64,000 bases of DNA from a bacterium (lineage in GTDB: Bacteria > SZUA-182 > DTGQ01), in NCBI GenBank assembly GCA_040752695.1, contig JBFMGO010000011.1, forward strand, positions 6,114-70,113, written 5' to 3'. Each line of letters starts with the position of its first letter. Within the stretch, counting starts at the first letter, position 1. Below are positions 27,702 to 37,032 of this stretch, piece by piece. Both the position numbers and the translations under genes were made by a program. The notes under the pieces were generated by a model. That model did no database searches. It saw only the letters and a program-made list of their open reading frames with translations, and had not been told where the DNA came from.

Positions 27702-28346
27702 ATGAAGAAAGCAAAACGTGTCCTGTTTGTCGGAAATCTGGTCGAGGTCAAAGGTGTAGACCGCCTGCTTTCGGCCTGGCAGATTCTGGTGCATGAGCTG
27801 AAACCCTCCTTCGGAATTGAACTGCTCATAATCGGAGAGGGACCAAAGCGACAGAAACTGGAAAAACAGGCAAAGGATGCAGGCATTGCCGGTTCAGTCC
27901 GGTTCGCCGGGGGAAAGCCCCACCGGGAGATCTGTCACTGGATGCGGTCGGCGTATTGTCTCTGCCTGCCGAGCCGCTCGGAAGGAATGCCGAACGTCGT
28001 GCTCGAAGCCCTGGCCTGCGGGATTCCGGTCGTGGCCAGCAGGGTTGGAGAAGTGCCGTTCCTGATCGAGGATGGAGTGAATGGCTTCATAGTCCCTAAG
28101 GATAATGAATGTAGCGAAGAAGCGTTTCCTGCCTGCCTGGCTGAGGCACTGGCCAGGACGCTTACCCGTACGTGGGATGTTGCGGATGTTACGGATGTTG
28201 CAACAGCAAGTGCGGGACCGGGAGTTGGAGTGAAGGCTTTCACCTGGGAGCATGCAGCGCAGGTTCTCATCGAGGCCATCTGTCAGACGAAAGCCTTGAG
28301 AGGGAGAGCAAGAGAAACGGCACAGAGAGAGCAAAGGAGAAGATAA
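27702..28346 (+). CDS. GT4 glycosyltransferase C-terminal (donor-binding) domain ORF, 3' half of the split GT4, with an acidic/Ala-rich tail
   Basis: MKKAKRVLFVGNLVEVKGVDRLL...SEGMPNVVLEALACGIPVVASRVGEVPFLIEDGVNGFIV is the EX7E-containing C-domain. Confidence 0.5.
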   Translation: MKKAKRVLFVGNLVEVKGVDRLLSAWQILVHELKPSFGIELLIIGEGPKRQKLEKQAKDAGIAGSVRFAGGKPHREICHWMRSAYCLCLPSRSEGMPNVVLEALACGIPVVASRVGEVPFLIEDGVNGFIVPKDNECSEEAFPACLAEALARTLTRTWDVADVTDVATASAGPGVGVKAFTWEHAAQVLIEAICQTKALRGRARETAQREQRRR

Positions 28347-29527
28347 TGAGCTTTCCGTGGATAAAGAGGATGGATAAGTGGCTGCCCGGATATCTGTGTT
28401 CGGTTATCTCCAGGCCGCGGCTGGTGAACCGGCCGATTCACCTGATATTTGCCCTGGTTGATCACTTCGAGCCGCCTGCCCCATTTTCGGAAAAGGATAT
28501 TAAGACGGGCTCAGAGCGCATCAGCCGCTGGGTGCGGGAGTATCCACCATTGATTGAATCCTTTGTCGATTCCGACGGCTTTCATCCAAAGCAGACCTTT
28601 TTTTTCCCTGCCGAGAAATATCATAAAACCTATCTTGACGGTCTAACCCACATTTGCAGCCGTGGACTCGGTGAAGTGGAAATACATCTGCATCATGATC
28701 ATGATACCGAAGCAGGGCTTCGCCAAAAACTGTGCCGGTTTCGTGATCTGTTGCATCTCGATCATGGATTTCTGGGCACGGATTCACAAAAAAGACCTCG
28801 ATACGCCTTTATTCATGGGAACTGGGCCTTATGCAATTCCCATCCCGGCGGTAAATTCTGCGGGGTAAACAATGAATTATCCATTCTGAAAGAAACCGGC
28901 TGCTACGTCGATATGACCATGCCCTCCGGAGCATCTCCCACCCAGACGAAAACGGTCAACGCCGCCTATTATGCCAGCGACAAAGCGGGGCAGCCCCGCT
29001 CGCACGATTACGGGCTGCCGGTCAGGGTAAGGCCGGGGACAACCCGGCAGCCAGCAGGAAAAGAAGGTCAGCGGGCCACAGCAAAAGAAGCTTCTATGCC
29101 AGCAGCAAAAGAAGCTTTGATGCTGATCCAGGGGCCGTTGGCACTGAACTGGCGCTGGCGCAAGTGGGGGATTTTCCCGCGCTTCGAGCAGGCCGATATC
29201 TGCGGATCGAATCCCCCGAAACCTCAGCGGGTTAACCTCTGGGTTCATCAGCACATTCATGTACAAGGCCGTCCCGAATGGGTCTTGATCAAGATTCATA
29301 CCCATGGGTGCCAGACCCGGAATATGAGGGTGCTGCTGGGTGATCCGATACAGGAATTGCACCGGTATTTGACCACGCACTATAACGACGGGCGAAATTT
29401 TTACCTGCATTACGTAACCGCTCGCGAGATGTATAATATCGTCAGGGCAGCCGAAGCCGGAGCCACGGGGAATCCCGGCGAATTCCGGAACTTTGAAATT
29501 CAGCCCCCGAAAATCTCACCCTTTTAG
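28346..29527 (+). CDS. Hypothetical protein, possible metal-dependent carbohydrate-modifying enzyme
   Basis: ATG overlaps the upstream stop (TAATG). His/Asp-rich block GEVEIHLHHDHDTE. No family confidently recognised. The longer ORF from 28172 starts with a GTG inside the upstream gene. Confidence 0.4.
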   Translation: MSFPWIKRMDKWLPGYLCSVISRPRLVNRPIHLIFALVDHFEPPAPFSEKDIKTGSERISRWVREYPPLIESFVDSDGFHPKQTFFFPAEKYHKTYLDGLTHICSRGLGEVEIHLHHDHDTEAGLRQKLCRFRDLLHLDHGFLGTDSQKRPRYAFIHGNWALCNSHPGGKFCGVNNELSILKETGCYVDMTMPSGASPTQTKTVNAAYYASDKAGQPRSHDYGLPVRVRPGTTRQPAGKEGQRATAKEASMPAAKEALMLIQGPLALNWRWRKWGIFPRFEQADICGSNPPKPQRVNLWVHQHIHVQGRPEWVLIKIHTHGCQTRNMRVLLGDPIQELHRYLTTHYNDGRNFYLHYVTAREMYNIVRAAEAGATGNPGEFRNFEIQPPKISPF

Positions 29528-29620
29528 TCCCCCGCCATCAGCCAGCCGGTCTTCCTGCACTCTTGTTCCTGTATTTTTATTTCTGCATTCTTGTTTCTGT
29601 ACTTTTATCTCTGTATATTT

Positions 29621-31807
29621 CTATTTGTGGGCGTTATACTTATATCCATAATGGTAGTAATATTGGGAATAGTAATCGTGTTTTGTCTCATCCATGTTGT
29701 TGATGACCACACCGGTAATATGAATATGATTATTCGTCAGGGTTTCCACTGCCCGCCTGACCAAAGTCCGGCTGGTTTTTCCACCCTCGATGACAACGAT
29801 CGTGCCCTGAGCCAATACCCCTAAAATACTGCCGTCGGCTACATTGATGACAGGCGGTGAATCGATGATAATTCGATCATAGTGATCGGATACTTTGGCC
29901 AGTAATTCCTTCATGGCTTCGCTGGAGATAAGTTCAGGCGGATTTGGCGGATAGACACCGCAGGGCAAAATATCTAAATCTTTCATACCGCTTGGCTGGA
30001 TAACCGCACTCAGGCTGGCCTGGCCGCTCAGATAGGTCGAGCATCCACGCTCTCTCTTTTGGCCGAAGTAAGCATGCACCTGTCCCCTTCTCAGATCACA
30101 GTCCATCAAAAGGGTTTTTACTCCGGAGAGGGCAAAAGAAACCGACAGATTAACCGCTGTCTGGGTTTTCCCTTCACCGGGAATGGCCGAGGTGATTAGA
30201 AGAATGGAAAGTCTACTGGCCGGAGAGGCAAGAACGATATTGGTGCGCAGCCTCCTGAATGTTTCCAGAATCTGATCGGGCGCCTCAGCCGGTTTTAATA
30301 CTTTTTCTTCCGGCTCCTTATCCTGGTAGGAAGAAAACTTCGGGATAAGTGCCAGGAGAGGGAAATCTGCCACTTTCTTGAGATCTTCCTCACCCCTCAC
30401 GGTGTCATTGATGTATTCAAGGGTAAAAGCCATGCCTATCCCCAGGCCGAAACCCAGAACGGCAGCAGCCATCATACCCTTGGGAATCTTCGGAGCAACT
30501 GGATCAGGCAAAAGGTATGGCTCCTCTACGATCTGGACTTTTTCCCGGTCGAGGCTGGCGGCCAGGTCAATTTCGTGGATCCTTTGAACAAAAACACCAT
30601 AGAGTTTGCGCTTGCGGTCCAATTCGGCCTTTATATTTTTATATTCTGCTATCTGGCTATTTAAAGCGAGTGTTTCTTTCTTCCATTCTTCCATCGAGCG
30701 CTTCTTGGTTTCCTCTTCCAGTTCCAGAGCGGCATAGCGCGCCTTAAGCTTGCGCTTTAAGTTATCTATTTCGTCCGTAATCTGCCTGGATGCCGTATGT
30801 AATTGCCCCCTCAGACCCTGGATTTTCGGATGACCTTCCTTATAGATTTTGCTGCTCCTGATCAATTCATCCTGCAGTTGCTCCCGCCGCATTTTCAAGT
30901 CGTGATATCCTTTCAATTCATCGGCGGATAAGAAGTAAGTGAGCACACTGACCGGCACGGGAAGATGAGCGTTCGTTTCCCGGTCATCGTCGGAGAGGGT
31001 ATCTGCCGCCTGAGCTGATGTCTGTGCAAGAGGAACGAAGGGGGCGGGGACGTTCAGGCGGGCCAGGCTGCTTTCGATAAGGTAGGGGTCCGTTTTCCCT
31101 TCGAGTTTCTCTAACTGAGCTTTGACCGTATCCCTCTGATTCCTTAATTGAGCAAGTGCATATTGTAATTGGGCAAGGTTCGTGGCCGGAATATTGCCGA
31201 CTTCGTCGAAAGCTACCATGTCATGAGATTTCTGGTAGTTTAAGGCTTTTTCTTCCAAAGACTTGATTTGCTCTTCCAGGGTGGACGTCTGTACAGCCAG
31301 CTCCCGCAGGGCGCTTTCGGCACTGGTTTCCTTCTTCTCCGCTTTAAAACGAATGAATTCATCAATCAGTACCTTGCTGTAGAACAGGGCATATTGCCGG
31401 TTGGTGCTGTCAATGTTCATTTCCAGGATGTCGGTGGCACCTACCGGATGTACCTCTATTTTCGGACCCACCTCACCGTCACCGAGCTTTTTGCTCCAGC
31501 CCTCCTTAAGGACCCTTTCCTTCACTCTGTCTTTTAAGGTTTTGCTATTGACAATCTGTATCTGGCCGTTTATATAAGAGCCTGCGGTTTCGCTATAGAC
31601 ATCCGGTACTGGCAGCCGCATGCCTGAGGCAACCTGGATTTTACTCACTGCCCGCCACACCTTCTTTTGCTTCGCGTACCAAAGGGCCGCTCCTGAAACC
31701 GTGACCATAAAGCAGAATATGATCAGCCAGATGTGCTTCTTTATCAGGTAGAGGTACTCACGGATGTCCACAGCGGGCGACTTTTGATCTTTTGTTTCGA
31801 ATTTCAT
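29621..31807 (-). CDS. wzc: Polysaccharide co-polymerase / tyrosine autokinase (Wzc/EpsB-type BY-kinase)
   Basis: N-terminal TM plus Wzz-like periplasmic domain with coiled coil, second TM, then a cytoplasmic P-loop kinase. Walker A ITSAIPGEGKTQTAVNL, A' DCDLRRG, Walker B RIIIDSPPV. Tyr-rich C-terminal tail DYYSQYYYHYGYKY. Confidence 0.85.
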   Translation of the reverse strand: MKFETKDQKSPAVDIREYLYLIKKHIWLIIFCFMVTVSGAALWYAKQKKVWRAVSKIQVASGMRLPVPDVYSETAGSYINGQIQIVNSKTLKDRVKERVLKEGWSKKLGDGEVGPKIEVHPVGATDILEMNIDSTNRQYALFYSKVLIDEFIRFKAEKKETSAESALRELAVQTSTLEEQIKSLEEKALNYQKSHDMVAFDEVGNIPATNLAQLQYALAQLRNQRDTVKAQLEKLEGKTDPYLIESSLARLNVPAPFVPLAQTSAQAADTLSDDDRETNAHLPVPVSVLTYFLSADELKGYHDLKMRREQLQDELIRSSKIYKEGHPKIQGLRGQLHTASRQITDEIDNLKRKLKARYAALELEEETKKRSMEEWKKETLALNSQIAEYKNIKAELDRKRKLYGVFVQRIHEIDLAASLDREKVQIVEEPYLLPDPVAPKIPKGMMAAAVLGFGLGIGMAFTLEYINDTVRGEEDLKKVADFPLLALIPKFSSYQDKEPEEKVLKPAEAPDQILETFRRLRTNIVLASPASRLSILLITSAIPGEGKTQTAVNLSVSFALSGVKTLLMDCDLRRGQVHAYFGQKRERGCSTYLSGQASLSAVIQPSGMKDLDILPCGVYPPNPPELISSEAMKELLAKVSDHYDRIIIDSPPVINVADGSILGVLAQGTIVVIEGGKTSRTLVRRAVETLTNNHIHITGVVINNMDETKHDYYSQYYYHYGYKYNAHK

Positions 31808-31860
31808 GATCTATTGCCTTTCTCTGACGGTGTGGAACAGCTTAAAAGGTGAGGAATAAC

Positions 31861-32703
31861 TTAAAATTTGAAGAAACTCTGTGATACGATTATCCAATCC
31901 CCATCCCTGACCATAACATCCTCTTCAAGGTGCCCTTCTTTGATAATCTTCACGGCATTGACGATCCTGACTTCCCTTTCTCCCGAACTTTTAAGCCGGA
32001 CCAGCATTACTTTCTTCTCTTTGGCAAACTCCGTAAACCCGCCCGCGCTGATAATGGCCTTACCCACCGTAAAAACTTCGTCTTCCGGTATGGTAATGGC
32101 ACCGGGCTGGGAAATTTCACCGACGATATAGATTTTTCCCGGCTTCTTTTTTCCCTCCAAATCCACTCCTGCCATACCATCGGCCAGGTTGTCGGGCGAA
32201 GATTCGAAAAAGGGGATTTTATCGTAGAAGAAAACCGTGACCGTGGCTTTTTGGAAATACCTGCTTTCCAGCGTATATTTAAGGATATTGGCCAATTCGG
32301 AAGGCACAAGACCGGTGACCTTGATCTCGTTGAGTAAAGGCAGGGAAATGTAGCCGGTGGAGGAGACGGTAACGATGCCCCCGTATTCCTGATCTTCAAC
32401 TAACCGGATGCATAATTTATCACCGGGTAAGATCAACTCCTCTTCCGGCTCCTCTGTTTTTTTTTGCTCCGTTATTTTCGCCTTTGGTTTTTTTTCCTTT
32501 TTAATCTCTTTCCCCTCTTCAGGAGACAGGGATTTCGCAGGAGACAGGGATTTCGGTTGCCCCCAAAGGTTATGAATCCCGAACAGAGATGTTATGAAGG
32601 CCAGCACCAGTAACTGTCTTACGATAACCCGGAATCTCACTCCGCCTGCTTTGTGATGGTGATCATGATTTCGCCCGGCCATAATCTCTCCACACACCTC
32701 CAT
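31861..32703 (-). CDS. wza: Outer-membrane polysaccharide export protein (Wza/GumB/EpsA family: Poly_export + SLBB)
   Basis: GDKLCIRLVEDQEYGGIVTVSSTGYISLPLLNEIKVTGL (Poly_export) and IYIVGEISQPGAITIPEDEVFTVGKAIISAGG (SLBB). N-terminal signal-like segment. Lies directly upstream of wzc on the same strand. Confidence 0.8.
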   Translation of the reverse strand: MEVCGEIMAGRNHDHHHKAGGVRFRVIVRQLLVLAFITSLFGIHNLWGQPKSLSPAKSLSPEEGKEIKKEKKPKAKITEQKKTEEPEEELILPGDKLCIRLVEDQEYGGIVTVSSTGYISLPLLNEIKVTGLVPSELANILKYTLESRYFQKATVTVFFYDKIPFFESSPDNLADGMAGVDLEGKKKPGKIYIVGEISQPGAITIPEDEVFTVGKAIISAGGFTEFAKEKKVMLVRLKSSGEREVRIVNAVKIIKEGHLEEDVMVRDGDWIIVSQSFFKF

Positions 32704-32801
32704 GCTCTTGCATAGGTTATCTTTTTTATGTTATATACCTTATATACTAATTTTTAGTTTTTGTCAAATTTACTTATCAATTAAAGGAGAAAACGCTGTC
32801 C
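32704..32801. promoter_or_regulatory. AT-rich divergent promoter region between wza (-) and the Wzy/TPR membrane protein gene (+)
   Basis: 98-nt AT-rich spacer (ttatatactaatttttagtttttgtcaaatttacttatcaattaaaggagaaaac) ending in an AAAGGAGA RBS. It is the only strand switch in the polysaccharide region. Confidence 0.45.
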
Positions 32802-34871
32802 ATGGAATACGGTCTCATTTTTTTAATTATCTTTACCCCTCTGGCTATGGGCTCGGTTCATCCATGGGCTTATGCGCTCATGGAGGTTTTGGCCTTCGGA
32901 CTTGCCGGCTGCTGGCTGTTGAGGGGAATACTGGGGAAGCCCATGTGTTTTCTGACGCAATGCAGCGAGAAATCTCACCGGATATCGATGGTCTGGCTGT
33001 GGCCTTTTCTATTTATTCTCCTGGTCATCTTTCAGCTTATTCCCCTGCCACTGTGGATGATAAGATTTATCTCTCCCCCTACCTACCAGGCCTATCTGCC
33101 GTTCGGGAGAGGATTCTTCCCGCTGTCCCTCGACAGGTTCGATACCTGGATCGAGTTGATCAGGCTCCTTGCCTATTTGTGCATATTCCTCATTCTTGTC
33201 TATTATCCCTTTGCCGAACCTGAACGGGCGATGCATCGGATCTACCTGGCAGGCATGGGTATTACGTCCATGGTCGGGATAGTGGGACTGGTTCAGAAGT
33301 TCATGGGTGCGGATAAGATTCTCTGGATGTGGAAACCAGCTCTGACTAAAAGCGACTCGTTCTATGGGACTTTTGTAAACCCTAACCACTGTGCTGCCTA
33401 TCTGGAGATGGGGATCGGTCTTTTCCTGGGATATATCGCCTATCAGGCAGCCAGGGGAGGGAACGGAAGGAAGGGGAGGAAAGCAAAAGGTATCAAGACC
33501 CGGATAGTTGAAATGGAGGAGGTATGGGCCAAGTGTGCTCTTTTGTTTCTTTTTACGCTCCTTTTGGCTCTATCTGTTTTCTTCTCCCTGTCCCGCGCCG
33601 GGATGCTGATTATTCTCGCGGCACTGATATTTTTTCTCCTTATGGTTTCTCTTGGTCGAGGAGAGATAAGGGGCGGCTGGATGTTCTCATTTTGCTGTTT
33701 CTTTCTGCTGCTCTTTTTTTCCCTTACCTTTCTGGGAATCAAACCCATCGTCCAGCAGGAATTGCAGACTCTGGCCAGTGTGGCAAAGGACCGCTCTTTG
33801 CGGGGAATCATAAAAACATGGCGGGATACCTGGATACTGATCCGGGAATTTCCTGTGTGTGGCATTGGTCTTGGAAGTTTTGAACAGGTATATCAGTGGT
33901 TTGGGAGGTGGGGAAAGTGGTCGTATGCTCACAATGATTTCCTCCAGCTCTGGGCCGAACTGGGCATGGGGGGAATGCTCGTCATGATTCTTGGCATCAT
34001 GCTGTATGTGGCCGGGCTTATCGACTGGGTAAAAACCGGCGGGAGCCAGGGCCGCACCCCCGGTGTCGAAGGCATGGATTATCTTACGTTAGGCTGCTAC
34101 ACGGCTGTTGCCTGTTTTCTTCTTCACAGCATGATCAGCTTTCATTTCTCCATCCCGGCCAACATGCTTCTCTTTGTCGTTATCTGTGGAACGGCGGGGA
34201 GACTGCGGGGAGAAACAAAGGGGGCTCAGGGGAAAAAGCCGTCGAGAGCCGCTTGTGGTGCCCTGCTGGCATTGGTTTTAATTCTGATACTTTCTGCCGT
34301 CAGGGGTGGATATGGAGGGGGGTATCGGTCCGTAGGCGACGGGGCATTTCAGGAGGAGATTAAGCTTGAGATTCCGGCAGCCGAAATCAAGCCTCTGTGG
34401 GATGACAGCCCTTACCGGCATTACTTTCTAGCCAGGTTTTATGAAAAACAGGGGCTTCGCGCCAAGGACTCTGCCAAAGAACATCATTTCTGGTACGGAA
34501 AATCCATTCAGGAAATGCTCGAAGCCTTATATCTTCAGCCCACCAGGTCTCTTTTCTGGGAAAAGCTGGGCTATCTGATAGGCTCCAGCAATTACCGCCT
34601 TCCAGCAACAGAGAGCAACAATGGCTTCGACTATCAGGACGCCTTTGCTCTTGCCCTTAAATTTGCCCCCTGTGATACCAGACTCAGGTTCGATATCGGC
34701 TCCTACCTGTGGAAGATCGGTGATCCTTACAGCCTGAGCGTTCTGCACGAGGCGGTCAGCCGTAATCCATCCCTCTCCCATAATTATGAAAATCTCATCA
34801 AACCGCCAGGACTGCTATCGGCAGCCCAAATCAGTCTTCCTGTCTTGATTACAGCTCCATATCTGCCCTGA
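32802..34871 (+). CDS. O-antigen ligase (Wzy_C)-domain polytopic membrane protein with about 200-aa C-terminal TPR-like domain
   Basis: More than 10 TM helices. AHNDFLQLWAELGMGGMLVMILGIMLYV is the Wzy_C signature. C-terminal helical repeats YFLARFYEKQGL...YLQPTRSLFWEKLGYL. AAAGGAGA RBS. Confidence 0.65.
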   Translation: MEYGLIFLIIFTPLAMGSVHPWAYALMEVLAFGLAGCWLLRGILGKPMCFLTQCSEKSHRISMVWLWPFLFILLVIFQLIPLPLWMIRFISPPTYQAYLPFGRGFFPLSLDRFDTWIELIRLLAYLCIFLILVYYPFAEPERAMHRIYLAGMGITSMVGIVGLVQKFMGADKILWMWKPALTKSDSFYGTFVNPNHCAAYLEMGIGLFLGYIAYQAARGGNGRKGRKAKGIKTRIVEMEEVWAKCALLFLFTLLLALSVFFSLSRAGMLIILAALIFFLLMVSLGRGEIRGGWMFSFCCFFLLLFFSLTFLGIKPIVQQELQTLASVAKDRSLRGIIKTWRDTWILIREFPVCGIGLGSFEQVYQWFGRWGKWSYAHNDFLQLWAELGMGGMLVMILGIMLYVAGLIDWVKTGGSQGRTPGVEGMDYLTLGCYTAVACFLLHSMISFHFSIPANMLLFVVICGTAGRLRGETKGAQGKKPSRAACGALLALVLILILSAVRGGYGGGYRSVGDGAFQEEIKLEIPAAEIKPLWDDSPYRHYFLARFYEKQGLRAKDSAKEHHFWYGKSIQEMLEALYLQPTRSLFWEKLGYLIGSSNYRLPATESNNGFDYQDAFALALKFAPCDTRLRFDIGSYLWKIGDPYSLSVLHEAVSRNPSLSHNYENLIKPPGLLSAAQISLPVLITAPYLP

Positions 34872-36351
34872 CAGAGACGATGGTATTCTCGTAGCCACTG
34901 GCATTATCATCGAGATTCGAATCTCTCCGTGAATATCGATACCCGATGGTCAACCGGGCCCAGGGGAGGACCCTGAACAGAAGGCTGGTATCCGCAGAGC
35001 GGGATTTGACTTTTTCATCTTCCGGCTTAAAATGATTGTGCATCCATCCGCAGGCCAGTACAAGATCGATTTTTTTATGCAAGGCAATGGAGAAAGATCC
35101 ATCCACGCCCCATGACGCATCTTCCCAGTCCCTTTCCTGATAACTCTCCGTCTGGGTAAATACTGCCCCTTTAACCTTGATTCTGTGATCATAGCTTCCT
35201 CCCAAGCTATGTCGCCTGAGCCTGAACAGGCCATCTTCAACACTGTTCCTGTAGGCATTCGCATACTGGTAGAAGATGACCGGTACTTTCATAAGCGGCA
35301 GTGCTCCGCTGAGGCCGATATTCCAGTATGTTCCTTCGCTGTCATCCATATTGTGATACATAAGCCAGGTATATCCGCCGGTTCCGGTCAGCGTCAGCAA
35401 AGGGCCCACCTGATCGGTCAGGCCAACGCTGGCTTCCTGACGCGTGTAATCCTGAAAGGCATTGCCATGGGCGAGCTCACGGCCCAGGCGGTATGAAATG
35501 TTCCCCTCCATGCGCCGGGAAAATTTCTTGCGCAGGATCAAAAGGCCGCTGCCAGCTTCGCGATCCGTAGCCTGGGAATCACTATAGCCGGTATTGATGT
35601 ACTCGTATCCAAACTCCAGGCTATTGGTTCTGCTTATCCTTTTCTTAAGGTAAGGATAGATCCTCAATTCGTTCCTGGTCGTCTGATGCACCAGGGGACT
35701 CTCATCGTGCGGCTGCCTGCGGGAATACAGATTTTCACGGGTAACCGTGTCCGAAAATTCAAGATAGGCCAGATTCCGGAAAAGGGTTATCTTTCTGTCG
35801 AGGCCGCTATTCAACGAAAAGGTGAATTGATGCTTCAGCTCGTTCTGATCGGCATTTCGCGAATAGAGTATCTGTTCCGGCTGGTAGTCCAGACTTATGT
35901 TCCAGTAATGCCCGGCCAGATCCGCTTTCATTCCCAGCTTGATCCGGGTGATAAAGTCAGAGCGTCCGGCGTTCGCATCCAGAAAGACATTATCGTTGTA
36001 CTCTTCTTCAGTCGAGAAGTTTACCGAAGAAGAGAAATTCTTCGCAAAATCACCAAGCGAAAAAACCGAGCCGCTCCGGCTGTCCTTTTCGACCGCCGCA
36101 GGCTCCAAAGGATCAAGGCCGGCTGATGGCCCATATTCGACCTGAGCAGGCTCCGAAAACACAGGACCGGCTGATGATGATCCATACTCCACCTCTTTTG
36201 GCCAGGCAACGAGCGGAAATGTGGCTAAGGCTGTGACCATGCCGATCATCAGCACAGTGGAAAGAGCATAGGAGGAGAAAAAAAAACTTGTCCGCTTACA
36301 CACTGACATAGGTTCCTGATCAATGGGAGAATAACCTTTCGGGTACATCAA
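34849..36351 (-). CDS. Putative outer-membrane beta-barrel protein
   Basis: N-terminal signal-like hydrophobic segment. About 400 aa of alternating hydrophobic/polar residues rich in Y/G/S/N/D/R, with many short beta-strand-like segments. C-terminal aromatic-rich strand. Confidence 0.4.
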   Translation of the reverse strand: MMYPKGYSPIDQEPMSVCKRTSFFFSSYALSTVLMIGMVTALATFPLVAWPKEVEYGSSSAGPVFSEPAQVEYGPSAGLDPLEPAAVEKDSRSGSVFSLGDFAKNFSSSVNFSTEEEYNDNVFLDANAGRSDFITRIKLGMKADLAGHYWNISLDYQPEQILYSRNADQNELKHQFTFSLNSGLDRKITLFRNLAYLEFSDTVTRENLYSRRQPHDESPLVHQTTRNELRIYPYLKKRISRTNSLEFGYEYINTGYSDSQATDREAGSGLLILRKKFSRRMEGNISYRLGRELAHGNAFQDYTRQEASVGLTDQVGPLLTLTGTGGYTWLMYHNMDDSEGTYWNIGLSGALPLMKVPVIFYQYANAYRNSVEDGLFRLRRHSLGGSYDHRIKVKGAVFTQTESYQERDWEDASWGVDGSFSIALHKKIDLVLACGWMHNHFKPEDEKVKSRSADTSLLFRVLPWARLTIGYRYSRRDSNLDDNASGYENTIVSVRADMEL

Positions 36352-36424
36352 AAATTACCGGGATTAGTTTACTACACAGCTTATATTTTTATCAATAGAT
36401 ATTATAATGAATATTATTATTTAT

Positions 36425-36832
36425 TTACTCAGACCGCCGTTTATACGGCTTTTGATCGAGGAGTTCCTTCAGGAGCCATCGGATTTCCAGGAGGTAAATA
36501 ATGATAAGAGAGGTAAAAATGCCTATGATGATCAAGAGGCCCGCAATCGTCCCTTCCCTCGGGAAATAGGTATCAAGAAATCCATGGAAAAAGAATATGT
36601 CCGGCCAGCCCGGTTGGTGAGCCTTAGCTGAATAAGCATAGGGTAGATGGAGTAAGTACTTGAATAACCGTATCCAATCTGGGCCAAACGCCCACAGCCC
36701 GCAGAACAGAATGGAAACAGGCATCCAAACCAGATGGCGAAAAGTCGTCCGGCAATGTCTCGCTCTATAGATAGCGAGATTGATGACAAATGCGAAAGAG
36801 GCACCTACAGCGAAGTGTCCGCTTGGCAGCAT
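36425..36832 (-). CDS. Small membrane protein, possibly a membrane-bound metal-dependent hydrolase (YdjM/DUF457-like)
   Basis: 135 aa with 3-4 TM helices, N-terminal MLPSGHFAVGASFAF and conserved His. Weak assignment. Confidence 0.3.
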   Translation of the reverse strand: MLPSGHFAVGASFAFVINLAIYRARHCRTTFRHLVWMPVSILFCGLWAFGPDWIRLFKYLLHLPYAYSAKAHQPGWPDIFFFHGFLDTYFPREGTIAGLLIIIGIFTSLIIIYLLEIRWLLKELLDQKPYKRRSE

Positions 36833-37032
36833 CTTTACCCCTCCTGATCTGGATAGTCCGGAGCCGAAAAGGTCAATGAAAAGGTATTACGTCCTAAAGT
36901 ATGATCATATCCTTGATGGAGGATTACGTCCTAAGGTTATTCTCTTCTTATCGTACTCTTGCCTCAGATTTCTCTACACCGGTCTCCAAGGAGAGAATAT
37001 TTATCGCTCACGATCATATCCCTCCGTATACC

